This document shows, piece after piece, positions 50,268-60,360 of a stretch of 64,000 nt of DNA (positions are counted from its first letter, which is position 1; the number at the start of each line of letters is the position of its first letter). Location: the IMG/VR virus record IMGVR_UViG_3300043496_000149. The stretch is one strand, 5' to 3'. The DNA comes from an uncultured virus (IMG/VR IMGVR_UViG_3300043496_000149) (Duplodnaviria; Heunggongvirae; Uroviricota; Caudoviricetes). The translations under genes and the position numbers were made by a program. The notes beneath the pieces were generated by a model. It made no database searches, was not told the DNA's origin, and was given only the letters and a program-made list of their open reading frames with translations.

Positions 50268-52400
50268 ATGACAATGCAACAATTACCCTTTCCCCATCAG
50301 AAAGAGGCTATAAAGAATCTAAACAAACAATTCAAACAAAATAACAATAAAGCATTAGTCGTTTTACCATCAGGAAGTGGAAAAACTCATACCATAGCAT
50401 TTCATGTGGCTAAACTAAAACCCAAGTCTTTTTTATATGTGGTTCATAGAGACGTAATACTAACTCAAACAGTAGAAATATTTAAAAAAATATGTAAATT
50501 AAAGGATTCACAAGTAGGTATTATTAATTCAGACAGTAAAGACTATGATAAACCATTTTTATTTGCAACCGTTCAAACATTATTTAGAGAGAAAAATCTG
50601 GATAAATTGGTGCCATATGTTGAATACATGGTTGTAGATGAGTTTCACCATGCAGCAGCAGACTCCTATGTTAAAATTATTAAATTTTTTAAACCTAAAT
50701 ATTTTGTAGGATTAACTGCAACACCTTTTAGACTGGATGAAAAAGATCTACTAGAATTTGTGGATAATAATATAGCTACTGAGGTTGATTTATTTGAAGG
50801 TATTGATAGAAAAATTCTGGTCCCATTTCATTATATTGGTCTTTATGATGATATAGATTATTCAAAGATAAAATATAGTGGATATTCTTACAATATTACA
50901 GATTTAGATAGAAAATTAATTATTCATAAAAGAGATGAGGCAGTTATAAAGGAATATCAAGAAAAGATAGCACCACAAAATAGACTTACTATAGGTTTTT
51001 GTAATTCTGTTAACCATGTAAATAGAATTGTTTCTAAATTTAGATCATTGGGTATTAAGGCTGTTGGTATTACCTATAAGGAAAAACGTGAACAGGTAGA
51101 ATCGGTGCTGGAAGCTTTTAGAAAAGGTTACTATCAGGTATTGTTTACACGAGATATACTTAATGAAGGAGTAGATTTTCCAGAGTGTAGTGCTGTGATG
51201 TTTCTAAGACCAACCATTTCAAAAACAATTTTCTTACAACAATTAGGTAGAGGATTAAGAAAACATCCAGGTAAAGAAGATGTATTAGTGTTAGATTTTA
51301 TTGGTAACTATATAAGAGCATTTGAGAAAAAGAAATGGTTCCTTCAGGCAGCAACACATGAATATACAGGAAAATATATAAAACCAGTTTATGAATACAA
51401 CCATCCAAAATCAATAGTTGAATTTGATTCTAGGGTAGTCCAAATGATGGAAATTCAAAAACATGGATTTAGGACTTGGGAACCGGCCAGTAAGGAAAAA
51501 ATATATCAGGATTATATGAACTGTTGTGAAAAAGAGGGTAAAATTTTAAACACAGAAGGATATAGAAAGTCACAATATGCAAAATATTCTATAAACACTC
51601 TTTTAAATTATTTTGATACGTTCATGAATTTTGTTAAAGAATGTAATATTACTTATGAGAGAAAACATCTCTGTCCACCGCTTTTCCATTACTGTAATGA
51701 TAGAAAAAAACTAATTGATAATTTTTTAAAAGTAAAGAAGAAATTCAATAAGGAAGGGTTGAAAAATAGAAAAGATCCTATATCTAATAATCCAACTAAT
51801 GACTACATAAATGATCCTAAAAATAGTAGGTATGGTACTCAGAGTTATGAAAGAGTATGGGGTTATTATGGAAATTTCTTGATTGAAATGGGTCATGTTA
51901 AAGATGGTGTATTTAAAATCAATAATTCTAGAGATATTGAATATAGAAATAATGAAGTAAAAAAAGCTGTAGAAAAATTACAAGAAAAGTTAGGTAGAAA
52001 GCATTTTTCAAAGACCGAATGGAGGAAAGAATATGGAGCATTGGGTAGATTTATAATAGACCATGGTGGTTTTGGTTCGTTTAAAAGAAAATATAATATT
52101 CCTGATAAGTTTGAGGGTAAATGCATGATATGTGGTAATAAATTTAATTCACGTTATACTACTACAGTGGTATGTTCTGTTAAATGTGCAAATACAAAAT
52201 GGTATATTGAAAATACTGGTAAACAGAGAATAGAGGAAAGAAAAGATAAATTAAAAACTATTCAGAAATGTATTAACTGTGGTAAGAAATACTATCCTTG
52301 GAAACAACATGATAGGATTCGTTATTCAAAATATTGTAGTAGGCAGTGTATGAGTGATTTTGGTTATAAGAAAAGGGTAGGAAGGAAGGAACAACAATGA
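50268..52400 (+). CDS. SF2 (ResIII/DEAH-type) helicase with C-terminal homing-endonuclease-associated-like repeats and Zn fingers
   Basis: LPSGSGKT, VDEFHH, GLTATP, NEGVDFP, QQLGRGLR; C-terminal CMICG...CSVKC and CINCG...CSRQC. Confidence 0.85.
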   Translation: MTMQQLPFPHQKEAIKNLNKQFKQNNNKALVVLPSGSGKTHTIAFHVAKLKPKSFLYVVHRDVILTQTVEIFKKICKLKDSQVGIINSDSKDYDKPFLFATVQTLFREKNLDKLVPYVEYMVVDEFHHAAADSYVKIIKFFKPKYFVGLTATPFRLDEKDLLEFVDNNIATEVDLFEGIDRKILVPFHYIGLYDDIDYSKIKYSGYSYNITDLDRKLIIHKRDEAVIKEYQEKIAPQNRLTIGFCNSVNHVNRIVSKFRSLGIKAVGITYKEKREQVESVLEAFRKGYYQVLFTRDILNEGVDFPECSAVMFLRPTISKTIFLQQLGRGLRKHPGKEDVLVLDFIGNYIRAFEKKKWFLQAATHEYTGKYIKPVYEYNHPKSIVEFDSRVVQMMEIQKHGFRTWEPASKEKIYQDYMNCCEKEGKILNTEGYRKSQYAKYSINTLLNYFDTFMNFVKECNITYERKHLCPPLFHYCNDRKKLIDNFLKVKKKFNKEGLKNRKDPISNNPTNDYINDPKNSRYGTQSYERVWGYYGNFLIEMGHVKDGVFKINNSRDIEYRNNEVKKAVEKLQEKLGRKHFSKTEWRKEYGALGRFIIDHGGFGSFKRKYNIPDKFEGKCMICGNKFNSRYTTTVVCSVKCANTKWYIENTGKQRIEERKDKLKTIQKCINCGKKYYPWKQHDRIRYSKYCSRQCMSDFGYKKRVGRKEQQ

Positions 52401-52696
52401 TCAAAACTAAGAACAGAAATCATTACGACATAGTGTATGAATGTCTAAAACATTGTAGGGATTATGAGAAGTCAATCACCTTTCCTACCACTAGAACCAG
52501 ATTTATGACCATATTAACAGGAAATAGTAGGGTATTCAAACAGATATTCACAGAGACTCTTATTAAACGAAAATTGATAGAGATAAACAAAGAAGTGGAA
52601 CATCATACTGATGTTTATAAGGTTACTATCAGAGGTCTTGATTTTATAGATAGTTATGAAGCTATGAGGGGGTTGTTGGGATATAACGAATTATGA
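52397..52696 (+). CDS. Winged-HTH protein (archaeal HTH_45-like)
   Basis: RNHYDIVYECL...TRFM...LI...YKVT.RG..F. Confidence 0.7.
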   Translation: MIKTKNRNHYDIVYECLKHCRDYEKSITFPTTRTRFMTILTGNSRVFKQIFTETLIKRKLIEINKEVEHHTDVYKVTIRGLDFIDSYEAMRGLLGYNEL

Positions 52697-53201
52697 ATGT
52701 AATATAAGTTCTGATTATAACCTACAGACTAAAGTACATACCATCAACTTACCATTATCGAACGGTGAATCGGTAGAGTTTCAAATGAATGAACTTGATA
52801 TGCTTGGTATGTTAAAGACATTTGCTAGTATATTATACAAGTCTAAATTAATCGATAAAGAAGTACAGGAGGAAGAAAACAATAATGGTAAAGTTTGACT
52901 GGCAAATATTTATTATCTGTATGGGGTTGATAGTTATAATTACTACCCCAATAGGTATCTATATTAAATCACCTGAAAACTTTATCATGAGTTTTGCAAT
53001 TGGTTTGATACTTGGGTGTATATTTCTAAGATGGGGAGTAAAGTTAGATGAGTAGAATGAATAGAACCTGTAAGATATGTGCTACTAAAGAAGAGAACAC
53101 TATCCAATGGCACAGAGATAAATGGTGTGGTGCAGGGGATGGTTATGTCATCGTTGTATTTCATACTGTGATAGAACCTATCTGTAAAAACATTTACAAA
53201 A

Positions 53202-53399
53202 ATGTATATTTGTAAAAACATCTGCTTCAAGCACCGTACCGGTGGATTCTCTGGTAATTATAAATATCCTGTTTCCAAATGTCTTATCTGTCATTCTGCT
53301 TTTAAAAGACAGGAAGGGGATGGAAATAGATGTAAATGCTGTGGGAACAAACTAAGGATCAGTGCTAGATTCAAAGGTAGAAGGAAGCAATATGAATAA
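53202..53399 (+). CDS. Small Cys-rich protein of a thaumarchaeal-type family
   Basis: CKNIC.KH...CLIC...CKCCGNKLR. Confidence 0.65.
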   Translation: MYICKNICFKHRTGGFSGNYKYPVSKCLICHSAFKRQEGDGNRCKCCGNKLRISARFKGRRKQYE

Positions 53400-53457
53400 T
53401 ATAATCGTATATATAACCCATACATCTTTTAAAATATAAATTAGGAGTAATAAAAAA

Positions 53458-53748
53458 TTGAAAATAGAAGATTTTATAAAATGTGTAAGCACCGAGAAAA
53501 AGAGAACAATATTAAAATCTCTTAATGGTGAAAATGGTATAGCCATAACAGCCATTAAACTACCACAGTATATATACAACAACCTGTATAAATCCGTCAG
53601 AGAATTCGTAACCTATGATATAGTAGAAGAATGTGGTTTGACTCCTCGCTCTACTAAATCAACATTTCCAAACCAAGCTTCAAAATACAGGTTAACTAGT
53701 AGGGGAAAAGAAATACTAAAAATATTGGATTCTATAGAGAAGAAGTAA
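53458..53748 (+). CDS. Winged-HTH protein
   Basis: KRTILKSL...YRLTSRGKEIL. Confidence 0.65.
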   Translation: MKIEDFIKCVSTEKKRTILKSLNGENGIAITAIKLPQYIYNNLYKSVREFVTYDIVEECGLTPRSTKSTFPNQASKYRLTSRGKEILKILDSIEKK

Positions 53749-53757
53749 TGAGAATAT

Positions 53758-53958
53758 ATGACAACTACTAAAGTATTCGGTATATCATTACCTTCAGATA
53801 TTAAGGAAGAAATAGATTATATACGTGGAGATATATCCAGATCCCTATTTATCAGAAGGATATTGGAAATCAATATTGATAAAAAACTAACAGAAGAAGA
53901 AAAATCTGTCAAATGTCAGGAATATATTCAAAAATGTATAGAGAGTAGAAAAATATGA
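53758..53958 (+). CDS. Ribbon-helix-helix (CopG-like) protein
   Basis: GISLPSDIKEEIDYIRGDISRSLFIRRILE. Confidence 0.75.
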   Translation: MTTTKVFGISLPSDIKEEIDYIRGDISRSLFIRRILEINIDKKLTEEEKSVKCQEYIQKCIESRKI

Positions 53959-54368
53959 CAATACAAGTAAGAACTAAAAAATTCTATTACTGCACCGAAT
54001 GTGATTTTGAATATGACGAAGAGGATAAGAAAAACGGAGACGTAGGTATAAGATGTAGTAATCATCCTAGGAAAGAAGGTTGTTTGGATTGCATGTGGGA
54101 GTGTAAGGTAATCGACGGGGAAGATAGAACCTATTCAAAGATACAAGGCTGTGGTCTCTGGTTTTGCGATCCCTGTTTTGAAATTACCTACTTTGATGCC
54201 GTATATCCAGGGATATTATGCGTAAACTGTATAAAGAAATATAGTATAGAGAAATTTTATGGTGACCCTGGGCGTAAATTGTCTGATGAGATAGATGAGG
54301 TGCGGAAAAGTGGTAGTATGACAGAGGAAGAAATAGAGGCAAAATATTTCCCTGGGATCGTTTATTAA
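53955..54368 (+). CDS. Multi-Cys Zn-binding protein
   Basis: Several CxxC pairs. Confidence 0.6.
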   Translation: MTIQVRTKKFYYCTECDFEYDEEDKKNGDVGIRCSNHPRKEGCLDCMWECKVIDGEDRTYSKIQGCGLWFCDPCFEITYFDAVYPGILCVNCIKKYSIEKFYGDPGRKLSDEIDEVRKSGSMTEEEIEAKYFPGIVY

Positions 54369-54408
54369 TCAATTAATAAACTTGAGTGTCTGGTAACGAG
54401 TAAACACG

Positions 54409-54663
54409 ATGCCCTGTAATTTAATCTGTGACAGATTCCTTAAGAATATTAAGAGATTTTATGGTAGGACCTCTACAGGCAGTTTAAGTTGGGTAGGTAA
54501 TAAAACTAAATTTGATGATAGGGTATATGATTTCAGGGTCTTAAAACGGGTTAATAGAAAGTTACAGGAAGATTATAAAAGATGTTCGCCTTGTGATATA
54601 ATGCTGCTTAAGTCTGTATTTTCTTCATGCCCCTGTTGTGGAAATACTAGATTCCAAGGATAA
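54409..54663 (+). CDS. Small Cys-rich protein, paralog of 53202..53399
   Basis: CNLIC...KRCSPC...CPCCGNTR. Confidence 0.6.
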   Translation: MPCNLICDRFLKNIKRFYGRTSTGSLSWVGNKTKFDDRVYDFRVLKRVNRKLQEDYKRCSPCDIMLLKSVFSSCPCCGNTRFQG

Positions 54664-54849
54664 AACATCCAATTTCATTCTAATTTCTTTCAGGACCTGT
54701 AGATATTTTTTATCCACATAACCATAATCCAATCCTACATCATTAATTATGTCTATTCTTTCCAGTTTTTCTTTTATTCTGTTGATTTCTGAATCATTTT
54801 GAGCCCTTAGAACTCTTAATTCTATGGTGGTGAATTCCATATTTTTCAT
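54625..54849 (-). CDS. Small hypothetical protein
   Basis: 74-aa ORF. Confidence 0.45.
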   Translation of the reverse strand: MKNMEFTTIELRVLRAQNDSEINRIKEKLERIDIINDVGLDYGYVDKKYLQVLKEIRMKLDVLSLESSISTTGA

Positions 54850-55100
54850 ATTATAAAGCTACATATAAATCGGGGGGTTTTAATAATGTTATCTTAATTG
54901 GTAACTATATACCATATAAGTTTGGAGAATATGAACAAGTAGCGTATACCCTATGCTATATATCATAACTCGTAAATTTCTATATGGTATAATATATATA
55001 TTATTTATCTAGATTATAATATATATATTTTTATAATCTTAAAGTATTATGGCTTTATTAAATAATCATCTATAGTATTCACTATCATCTTAAATTCTAG

Positions 55101-55320
55101 TCCCTGTTTAGTGTTGACACTACTATTCTATTACTTGTCATCTTTTACATGCCGAAGGTCTTAACTCACTTATCGGACACTCATGTTTCCAATGTCAACT
55201 TTTCATAGCGATATCTGCTCATTTTCTTGAGTGACTAGCAACACCGCTTAACTTCTTTACATTCAACGTCTTTGGGATAGCCGCCCGAAGGTTGTGGCAT
55301 CAAAGTTCTTGTTTGTAAAT
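55101..55320 (-). ncRNA. Candidate structured non-coding RNA
   Basis: Locally GC-richer island without an ORF between AT-rich tracts; two C-UUCG-G loops on the minus strand; complementary GTTGACA/TGTCAAC pair. Confidence 0.3.
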
Positions 55321-56340
55321 AGGTTATCTTTTAATTCAATAAACTAATTAATAAACCTTATTATTTTTGTCTTTATTATTAGTTATTTAATTAGCTTTAT
55401 TATTAGTTATTTAATTAATACTTATCTTTTAATTAAATTAATTTAATTAATACTTAATTAATTAAGTAGTACTTAACTGATACATTGTTTAATGTTAACC
55501 CCTACTTAATATACAATCATGTATACGTATACTAATACAGCTTAAGATGTGTATACGTATAACATAACATGCATAACATACACTGGTATAACATACATAC
55601 ATACATACATACATACATACAATTACCTGTCTCATACACACTACTACATACACTACATACATACGTATACAATACTCTACATACGTATGAATGAATAGAT
55701 GAATGTTTACTTACTTGGTTTATTATATAGATATATTATAACGGTGCGGAAAGGCATATAATTGGGACGCTTGAATACATACTTGTTTATACTAATCATG
55801 AAGAGTTTATACTGTTTATACTTCTCTTAATAGTTTATACTGTTAACCCCATAGTTTATACTGTTTATACTTTAGACTATAGATTTGTACGGTGACTGAA
55901 GGAATTTATGTCGGTGCTTACTGGGGTACTGTTCTTACGAAGCGGGGGAAGGATAAGTTTAAGTATGACGCTTATCCGTTACCCTAGTTAGTAGTAGTAT
56001 CATTATCAATACACTAGATACAGAAACAGGTAGGGTTAACCAGATGTATCGATATCATAGGAATATGACTAATGATGTAACATTAAGATAAGAGAATAGT
56101 AGGATAATAGAGATTAAGCGTATATGTAGGATTATGGATGATATGAATGTTCGGTGCTTACAGGATTTGTACCATATCATGAAAGCGTTTTAGACATATC
56201 ATGAAAGCGTATTATAGACCTCATTTAAGGCGGTATTATGCTCCATATCCAAGGCCTATAAGCACCGTATATTATCTCCATATTATAACCCCTATTTTTC
56301 CATATTATAAGACAGAATATCTAGGTATAAATAACGGATT
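55321..56340. repeat. Long non-coding repeat region (origin- or terminus-like)
   Basis: 23-bp direct repeat CTTTATTATTAGTTATTTAATTA x2 (55371, 55395), (ACAT)n at 55591-55620, GTTTATACT x5 (55805-55871), CATATCATGAAAGCGT x2. Confidence 0.65.
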
Positions 56341-56362
56341 ATTTAACATATAAGTTAACAAT

Positions 56363-56623
56363 ATGAATATCAAACAAGAATTGAATATAGAACAGGAAAC
56401 GAACAGGGTAGAAAAGGGATATAATGCCTATAATCAGGGCCTAGTTGAGAAGCTAAATGATAGGGTATATTTGGTGAAAGGTAAGTATGAAGTAGAAGAT
56501 CTGACTACCAGACAGGATATAAACCCAGTTATGACATGTAGTTGTCCAGACCATCAATATAGAGGAGTTGACTGTTCACATATAATTAGTGTGCAGTTTT
56601 ATATGATGGGATACGGTGCTTAA
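56363..56623 (+). CDS. SWIM zinc-finger protein
   Basis: YEV...CSCPDHQYRGVDCSHI (CxC...CxH). Confidence 0.8.
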   Translation: MNIKQELNIEQETNRVEKGYNAYNQGLVEKLNDRVYLVKGKYEVEDLTTRQDINPVMTCSCPDHQYRGVDCSHIISVQFYMMGYGA

Positions 56624-56747
56624 ACAAACAATGGTCGTAGAAATGGGGATATTAATCGCTTCTATTACTGTTCTGTCTACATGGAAGCTGTTTGATATGT
56701 TTAGCCGTTTTACGGTGCGAGAAAGAGGGGGGGGGGAAGAATAAAGA

Positions 56748-56906
56748 ATGAATAACCCAAAAGAACTAAATATAGTATTCAAACGCAATATGGCTGATAA
56801 TCTGATTAATACACCTGAACGACTAAGCACATTAATCCATCTTCTTATCAATAAAGGTATATTAAATAAAGATGATATCAAACAGATTTTTGAGGATGAT
56901 ATTTAA
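56748..56906 (+). CDS. Small hypothetical protein (52 aa, not in track)
   Basis: MNNPKELNIVFKRN...; TAATG-coupled to the next ORF. Confidence 0.45.
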   Translation: MNNPKELNIVFKRNMADNLINTPERLSTLIHLLINKGILNKDDIKQIFEDDI

Positions 56907-57082
56907 TGTCTAATACAAAGAAGAAAGTAATAATTATGTCAGCATATAATGATTATAATCTGGTCAAGGATATTAACGAATTTATTAATAGGAAAGGAGT
57001 TGGACATATAATAGATATCCAATATTCTAGCTCTTATCGTGGTGATGGTAAATCAAATTATGATACGGTGCTGCAAGAGTAG
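56906..57082 (+). CDS. Small hypothetical protein (58 aa, Cse60/DUF2758-like pattern)
   Basis: LVKDINEFI...IIDIQYS. Confidence 0.45.
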   Translation: MSNTKKKVIIMSAYNDYNLVKDINEFINRKGVGHIIDIQYSSSYRGDGKSNYDTVLQE

Positions 57083-57207
57083 TGGCATTCAAATGCGAAT
57101 GTTGTGGTATATACCAAGGTAGTAAAGCTAGGTATAAAGGAGGACAGATTTGCAAATCTTGTCATAGAAAGACGGTGCGTGAAGGAGTAACAAATAAACA
57201 GATATAA
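57082..57207 (+). CDS. 41-aa Zn-finger mini-protein (not in track)
   Basis: GTG start; MAFKCECCG...ICKSCHRK. Confidence 0.5.
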   Translation: MAFKCECCGIYQGSKARYKGGQICKSCHRKTVREGVTNKQI

Positions 57208-57232
57208 TTAAGGTTTTAAATATATTATTTAT

Positions 57233-57517
57233 ATGACTAATACCAGACAAACTATAGAACAATATATTAACGGCAATAATATAGATTTTACCGCTTTTAT
57301 TTCAGGTAAATATGAGGTTATATTAAAGAAATCAATGGGTTATCATAATGTCAATATGTATCTAGAACGTGAAGCACTACCAATACACTATACTATCAGA
57401 TTATCAGATGATAATAAGAATGTAAGTATTATAGGTGATGATGGATTCTATTTAGAACTAAATAATATTTCTATCGTTAGATTAACAAAAGCTAAAACAC
57501 CAATGATAATCATTTAA
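57233..57517 (+). CDS. Hypothetical protein
   Basis: 94-aa ORF. Confidence 0.5.
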   Translation: MTNTRQTIEQYINGNNIDFTAFISGKYEVILKKSMGYHNVNMYLEREALPIHYTIRLSDDNKNVSIIGDDGFYLELNNISIVRLTKAKTPMIII

Positions 57518-57525
57518 CCTATAAG

Positions 57526-57876
57526 TTGAAAGGTATATATATGGGGCAGTGTATACATAAGTTACAAATGAATACCACAAATCAAATCAAATTATTAGCT
57601 GTATTGACAGCATCGATCGCATTAGCATCTATGGGTGTAAGCACCGTAAATGCAGAACTAAACACATCAGATTTCAAATACAACATACATATAACAGATA
57701 TAATCCCATACTACACCTATCAAGGCATAAGTGCAGTATTGAGCAATGGACAAGATAGTCTAGAAGACCAAGACGTAGTAAGGTTAGTAATACAAGACAC
57801 AAACTTCTATGCAGTATATAATAACAACTATGATAATACCTTCCAATTTGCAGGCATCTATGAGAACGGAATATAA
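57526..57876 (+). CDS. Secreted/membrane protein
   Basis: Signal peptide-like KLLAVLTASIALASMG; true start probably at MNTTNQ. Confidence 0.55.
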   Translation: MKGIYMGQCIHKLQMNTTNQIKLLAVLTASIALASMGVSTVNAELNTSDFKYNIHITDIIPYYTYQGISAVLSNGQDSLEDQDVVRLVIQDTNFYAVYNNNYDNTFQFAGIYENGI

Positions 57877-57879
57877 ACA

Positions 57880-58290
57880 ATGATAGATAATAAAGGTAAA
57901 AACAATCCATTTTATGGAAAAAAGCATACTCAAGAAGTAAAGGATAAAATAAGTAAAGCGAATAAAGACAGAAAACATACTCAAGAAACAAGAGATAAGA
58001 TGAGTAAATCAAGATTAGGGATATTAAACCCAAATTGGAAGGGTGATAAAGTAGGATATGAAGGTATACATATTAGAATGAATAAGATATTAATAAAACC
58101 AAAAAATTGTGATATATGTAAAAGTGAAAAACCTTTAGATATGGCTAATATTAGCGGGAATTATTTAGATGATATTAAAGATTGGCAATGGTTATGTCGT
58201 AAATGTCATATGGAAAGCGATAATCGTATAATAAATAATTCAATACAATCTATTAAGAAATATAGAGAAAATAAGGTAAAAGGTGCATAA
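57880..58290 (+). CDS. NUMOD3-containing HNH-like protein
   Basis: NPFYGKKHTQE x2, NPNWKGDKVGY.GIH, CDIC...WLCRKCH. Confidence 0.8.
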   Translation: MIDNKGKNNPFYGKKHTQEVKDKISKANKDRKHTQETRDKMSKSRLGILNPNWKGDKVGYEGIHIRMNKILIKPKNCDICKSEKPLDMANISGNYLDDIKDWQWLCRKCHMESDNRIINNSIQSIKKYRENKVKGA

Positions 58291-58333
58291 AGGTAGTAAA
58301 AAAGAGGATATAGAAAGGAGTTAATGAATTAAA

Positions 58334-58546
58334 ATGTATATAGTATTTATAGTAATCTTAGTAGTAGTCGGTATATTCGCAATATGGTTTAACATATGGA
58401 ATCATAAGGATAATAAGAATAAAGAACAAAAGAAGAATAAACAGGCAGCATATAGTATAGAAAACTTACAACAGATAAACAAACAACACAATATTCAATA
58501 TAATGAAAAAGTGTTTAACAGAAGTAAGAGGAGTGTAGCAGTTTAA
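58334..58546 (+). CDS. Small membrane protein, paralog of 48368..48556
   Basis: N-terminal TM helix; FNIWN motif. Confidence 0.6.
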   Translation: MYIVFIVILVVVGIFAIWFNIWNHKDNKNKEQKKNKQAAYSIENLQQINKQHNIQYNEKVFNRSKRSVAV

Positions 58547-58548
58547 TC

Positions 58549-58758
58549 ATGAATTGGATATATATACTCTGGATAGCAGTAATCATATTCTTTGTAGGAT
58601 TGACAATATTTGCTTTTATAATGGCAAATGGTCAAGAAGTAATAACACCACATAATACTCATAATCCTGTAGTCACCGAATACTGTGGATTTAAACAATA
58701 TGATAACTGTCAATCTATTCCCCAGAATATACCAATACCAGTTAGTGATATACAATGA
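58549..58758 (+). CDS. Small membrane protein
   Basis: N-terminal TM helix. Confidence 0.5.
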   Translation: MNWIYILWIAVIIFFVGLTIFAFIMANGQEVITPHNTHNPVVTEYCGFKQYDNCQSIPQNIPIPVSDIQ

Positions 58759-58819
58759 ATAACTATATATTATGGTTAACCTATAAGTTAACTATGGATA
58801 CCACAGGAGTTAATATATA

Positions 58820-59332
58820 ATGTCGAATTTAAGTCGTTGTAGATCAGAGGGTAGAAGAGCAGCTAAAAGTATAAGGAATAATTACGGAGGATATAATCCA
58901 GTATCAAGGAAACCAAAGAAACTACCAACATTATTAGAACATGCATTAAAAGATATGGACATGATGATATTGATGGATGTACAAGATATAATTCCACAAT
59001 ACTCTAACTCTTCAAGCACCGTATCTAATAATATATTTCCAAATCAAAAAATAAGATGTGATAAGGTTTGTTTGATATATTCACCAAGAAGGAAACTATA
59101 TTATTATCTAGCAGTAAATGATAATGGAACCTGTTATGTATTATTCAAAGGTAAAGAACTTAAAGACTTGCCTAATGCTACAAGTTCAAGGATAGACTTT
59201 GATTATATAAACCCAAATTTCGTAATCAATGAAAACGCTAATAGGCTCATGAATTGTGTAATTGATGAGATAATAGACATAACTTCAAACCCTATACATG
59301 TCTATAAAACATCGGAGCTGTTTAGAAGATAA
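58820..59332 (+). CDS. Hypothetical protein
   Basis: 170-aa ORF after a palindromic box. Confidence 0.55.
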   Translation: MSNLSRCRSEGRRAAKSIRNNYGGYNPVSRKPKKLPTLLEHALKDMDMMILMDVQDIIPQYSNSSSTVSNNIFPNQKIRCDKVCLIYSPRRKLYYYLAVNDNGTCYVLFKGKELKDLPNATSSRIDFDYINPNFVINENANRLMNCVIDEIIDITSNPIHVYKTSELFRR

Positions 59333-59502
59333 AGCAAAAAAATCTATATAAGAAACGAAAACAACCAAAACAACGTAAAGTAAATTACACGACTTTTTGA
59401 TTCGGTGCCTAAACAAATTGGGTGTCATATAGTTACCATTTATTATTATTTAACTTTAAAGTTAACTATATATAACCCATTAACGTATATATAATTACAA
59501 AC

Positions 59503-60360
59503 ATGAGTACCACAACTAAACCACAATCAATTTTCATAGGTCCAAACGACAAAATAAGCGAAGAGAATGAATTAATAGATTACAGCTTTGTAAGCAATGA
59601 TGAAATATTTAAAGACCCATATTTCAGCGATGAATCAGTATCTATAGAACAACGTGCTTTTACATTCTTCAAGGATATAATTGGACATCAACCAATCAAA
59701 ATAATGCTGTTTAGGGCTTTACTTAGAGGTAACAGGAATATATCAATACTGTTGGTTGGAGTTCCAGCAAATGGTAAAACTATGTTCATGAAATCAATGG
59801 TAAAAGGATGTAATAAAGTAATATATTATGATGCAAGTAGTGGTAGCACCGGAGCAGGCTTAATACGATTATTAAGACAAAACTTGGATGCTAATCTTTT
59901 GATAATTGATGAATTTAGTGAATTGAATAAGGATGATATTGAAGTGATGAGAGGATTATTAAATGATGGAACGGTGAATAAAGCACTTAAAACGGATATA
60001 ATAGACTTTAAAATGGATAATCTAAAGGTGTTTGCAACTACGAACAATCCTACAAAACTAAGTAAACCAATCAAATCCAGATTCCAAATGTATCATATAC
60101 CAGCCTATTCAGACAAAGAATTTGTACAAGTAATGAATCATTGTTTGATAAAACAGGATATAATAGAGGATGCTAAATTAGCAAATCAGTTAAGCAATGC
60201 TATGGTTTTCTATGGGATTAAGAATATTAGGGTAGCATTATCGGTATGTTCATTGATTCATGACGGTGATGACACGGCTGATATAAAATATATAATAGAG
60301 AACTTTTTGAAGTATGATGCAAGTAAGTTGAATGTGAATTACAATGAGCAAAGTGAATAA
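59503..60360 (+). CDS. AAA+ ATPase (RuvB/MoxR-like)
   Basis: FKDIIGH, Walker A GVPANGKT, Walker B IIDEF, ATTN, IKSRF. Confidence 0.85.
   Translation: MSTTTKPQSIFIGPNDKISEENELIDYSFVSNDEIFKDPYFSDESVSIEQRAFTFFKDIIGHQPIKIMLFRALLRGNRNISILLVGVPANGKTMFMKSMVKGCNKVIYYDASSGSTGAGLIRLLRQNLDANLLIIDEFSELNKDDIEVMRGLLNDGTVNKALKTDIIDFKMDNLKVFATTNNPTKLSKPIKSRFQMYHIPAYSDKEFVQVMNHCLIKQDIIEDAKLANQLSNAMVFYGIKNIRVALSVCSLIHDGDDTADIKYIIENFLKYDASKLNVNYNEQSE

Noticed and set aside
55321..56340. Possible CRISPR or mini-CRISPR array
   Set aside because: Repeats are short, tandem or only duplicated, with no regular 30-40 bp unique spacers and no cas genes.
56727..56736. G10 homopolymer as a phase-variation switch
   Set aside because: It lies at the extreme 3' end of a tiny putative ORF, so a length change would have little coding effect; there is no evidence of variation.
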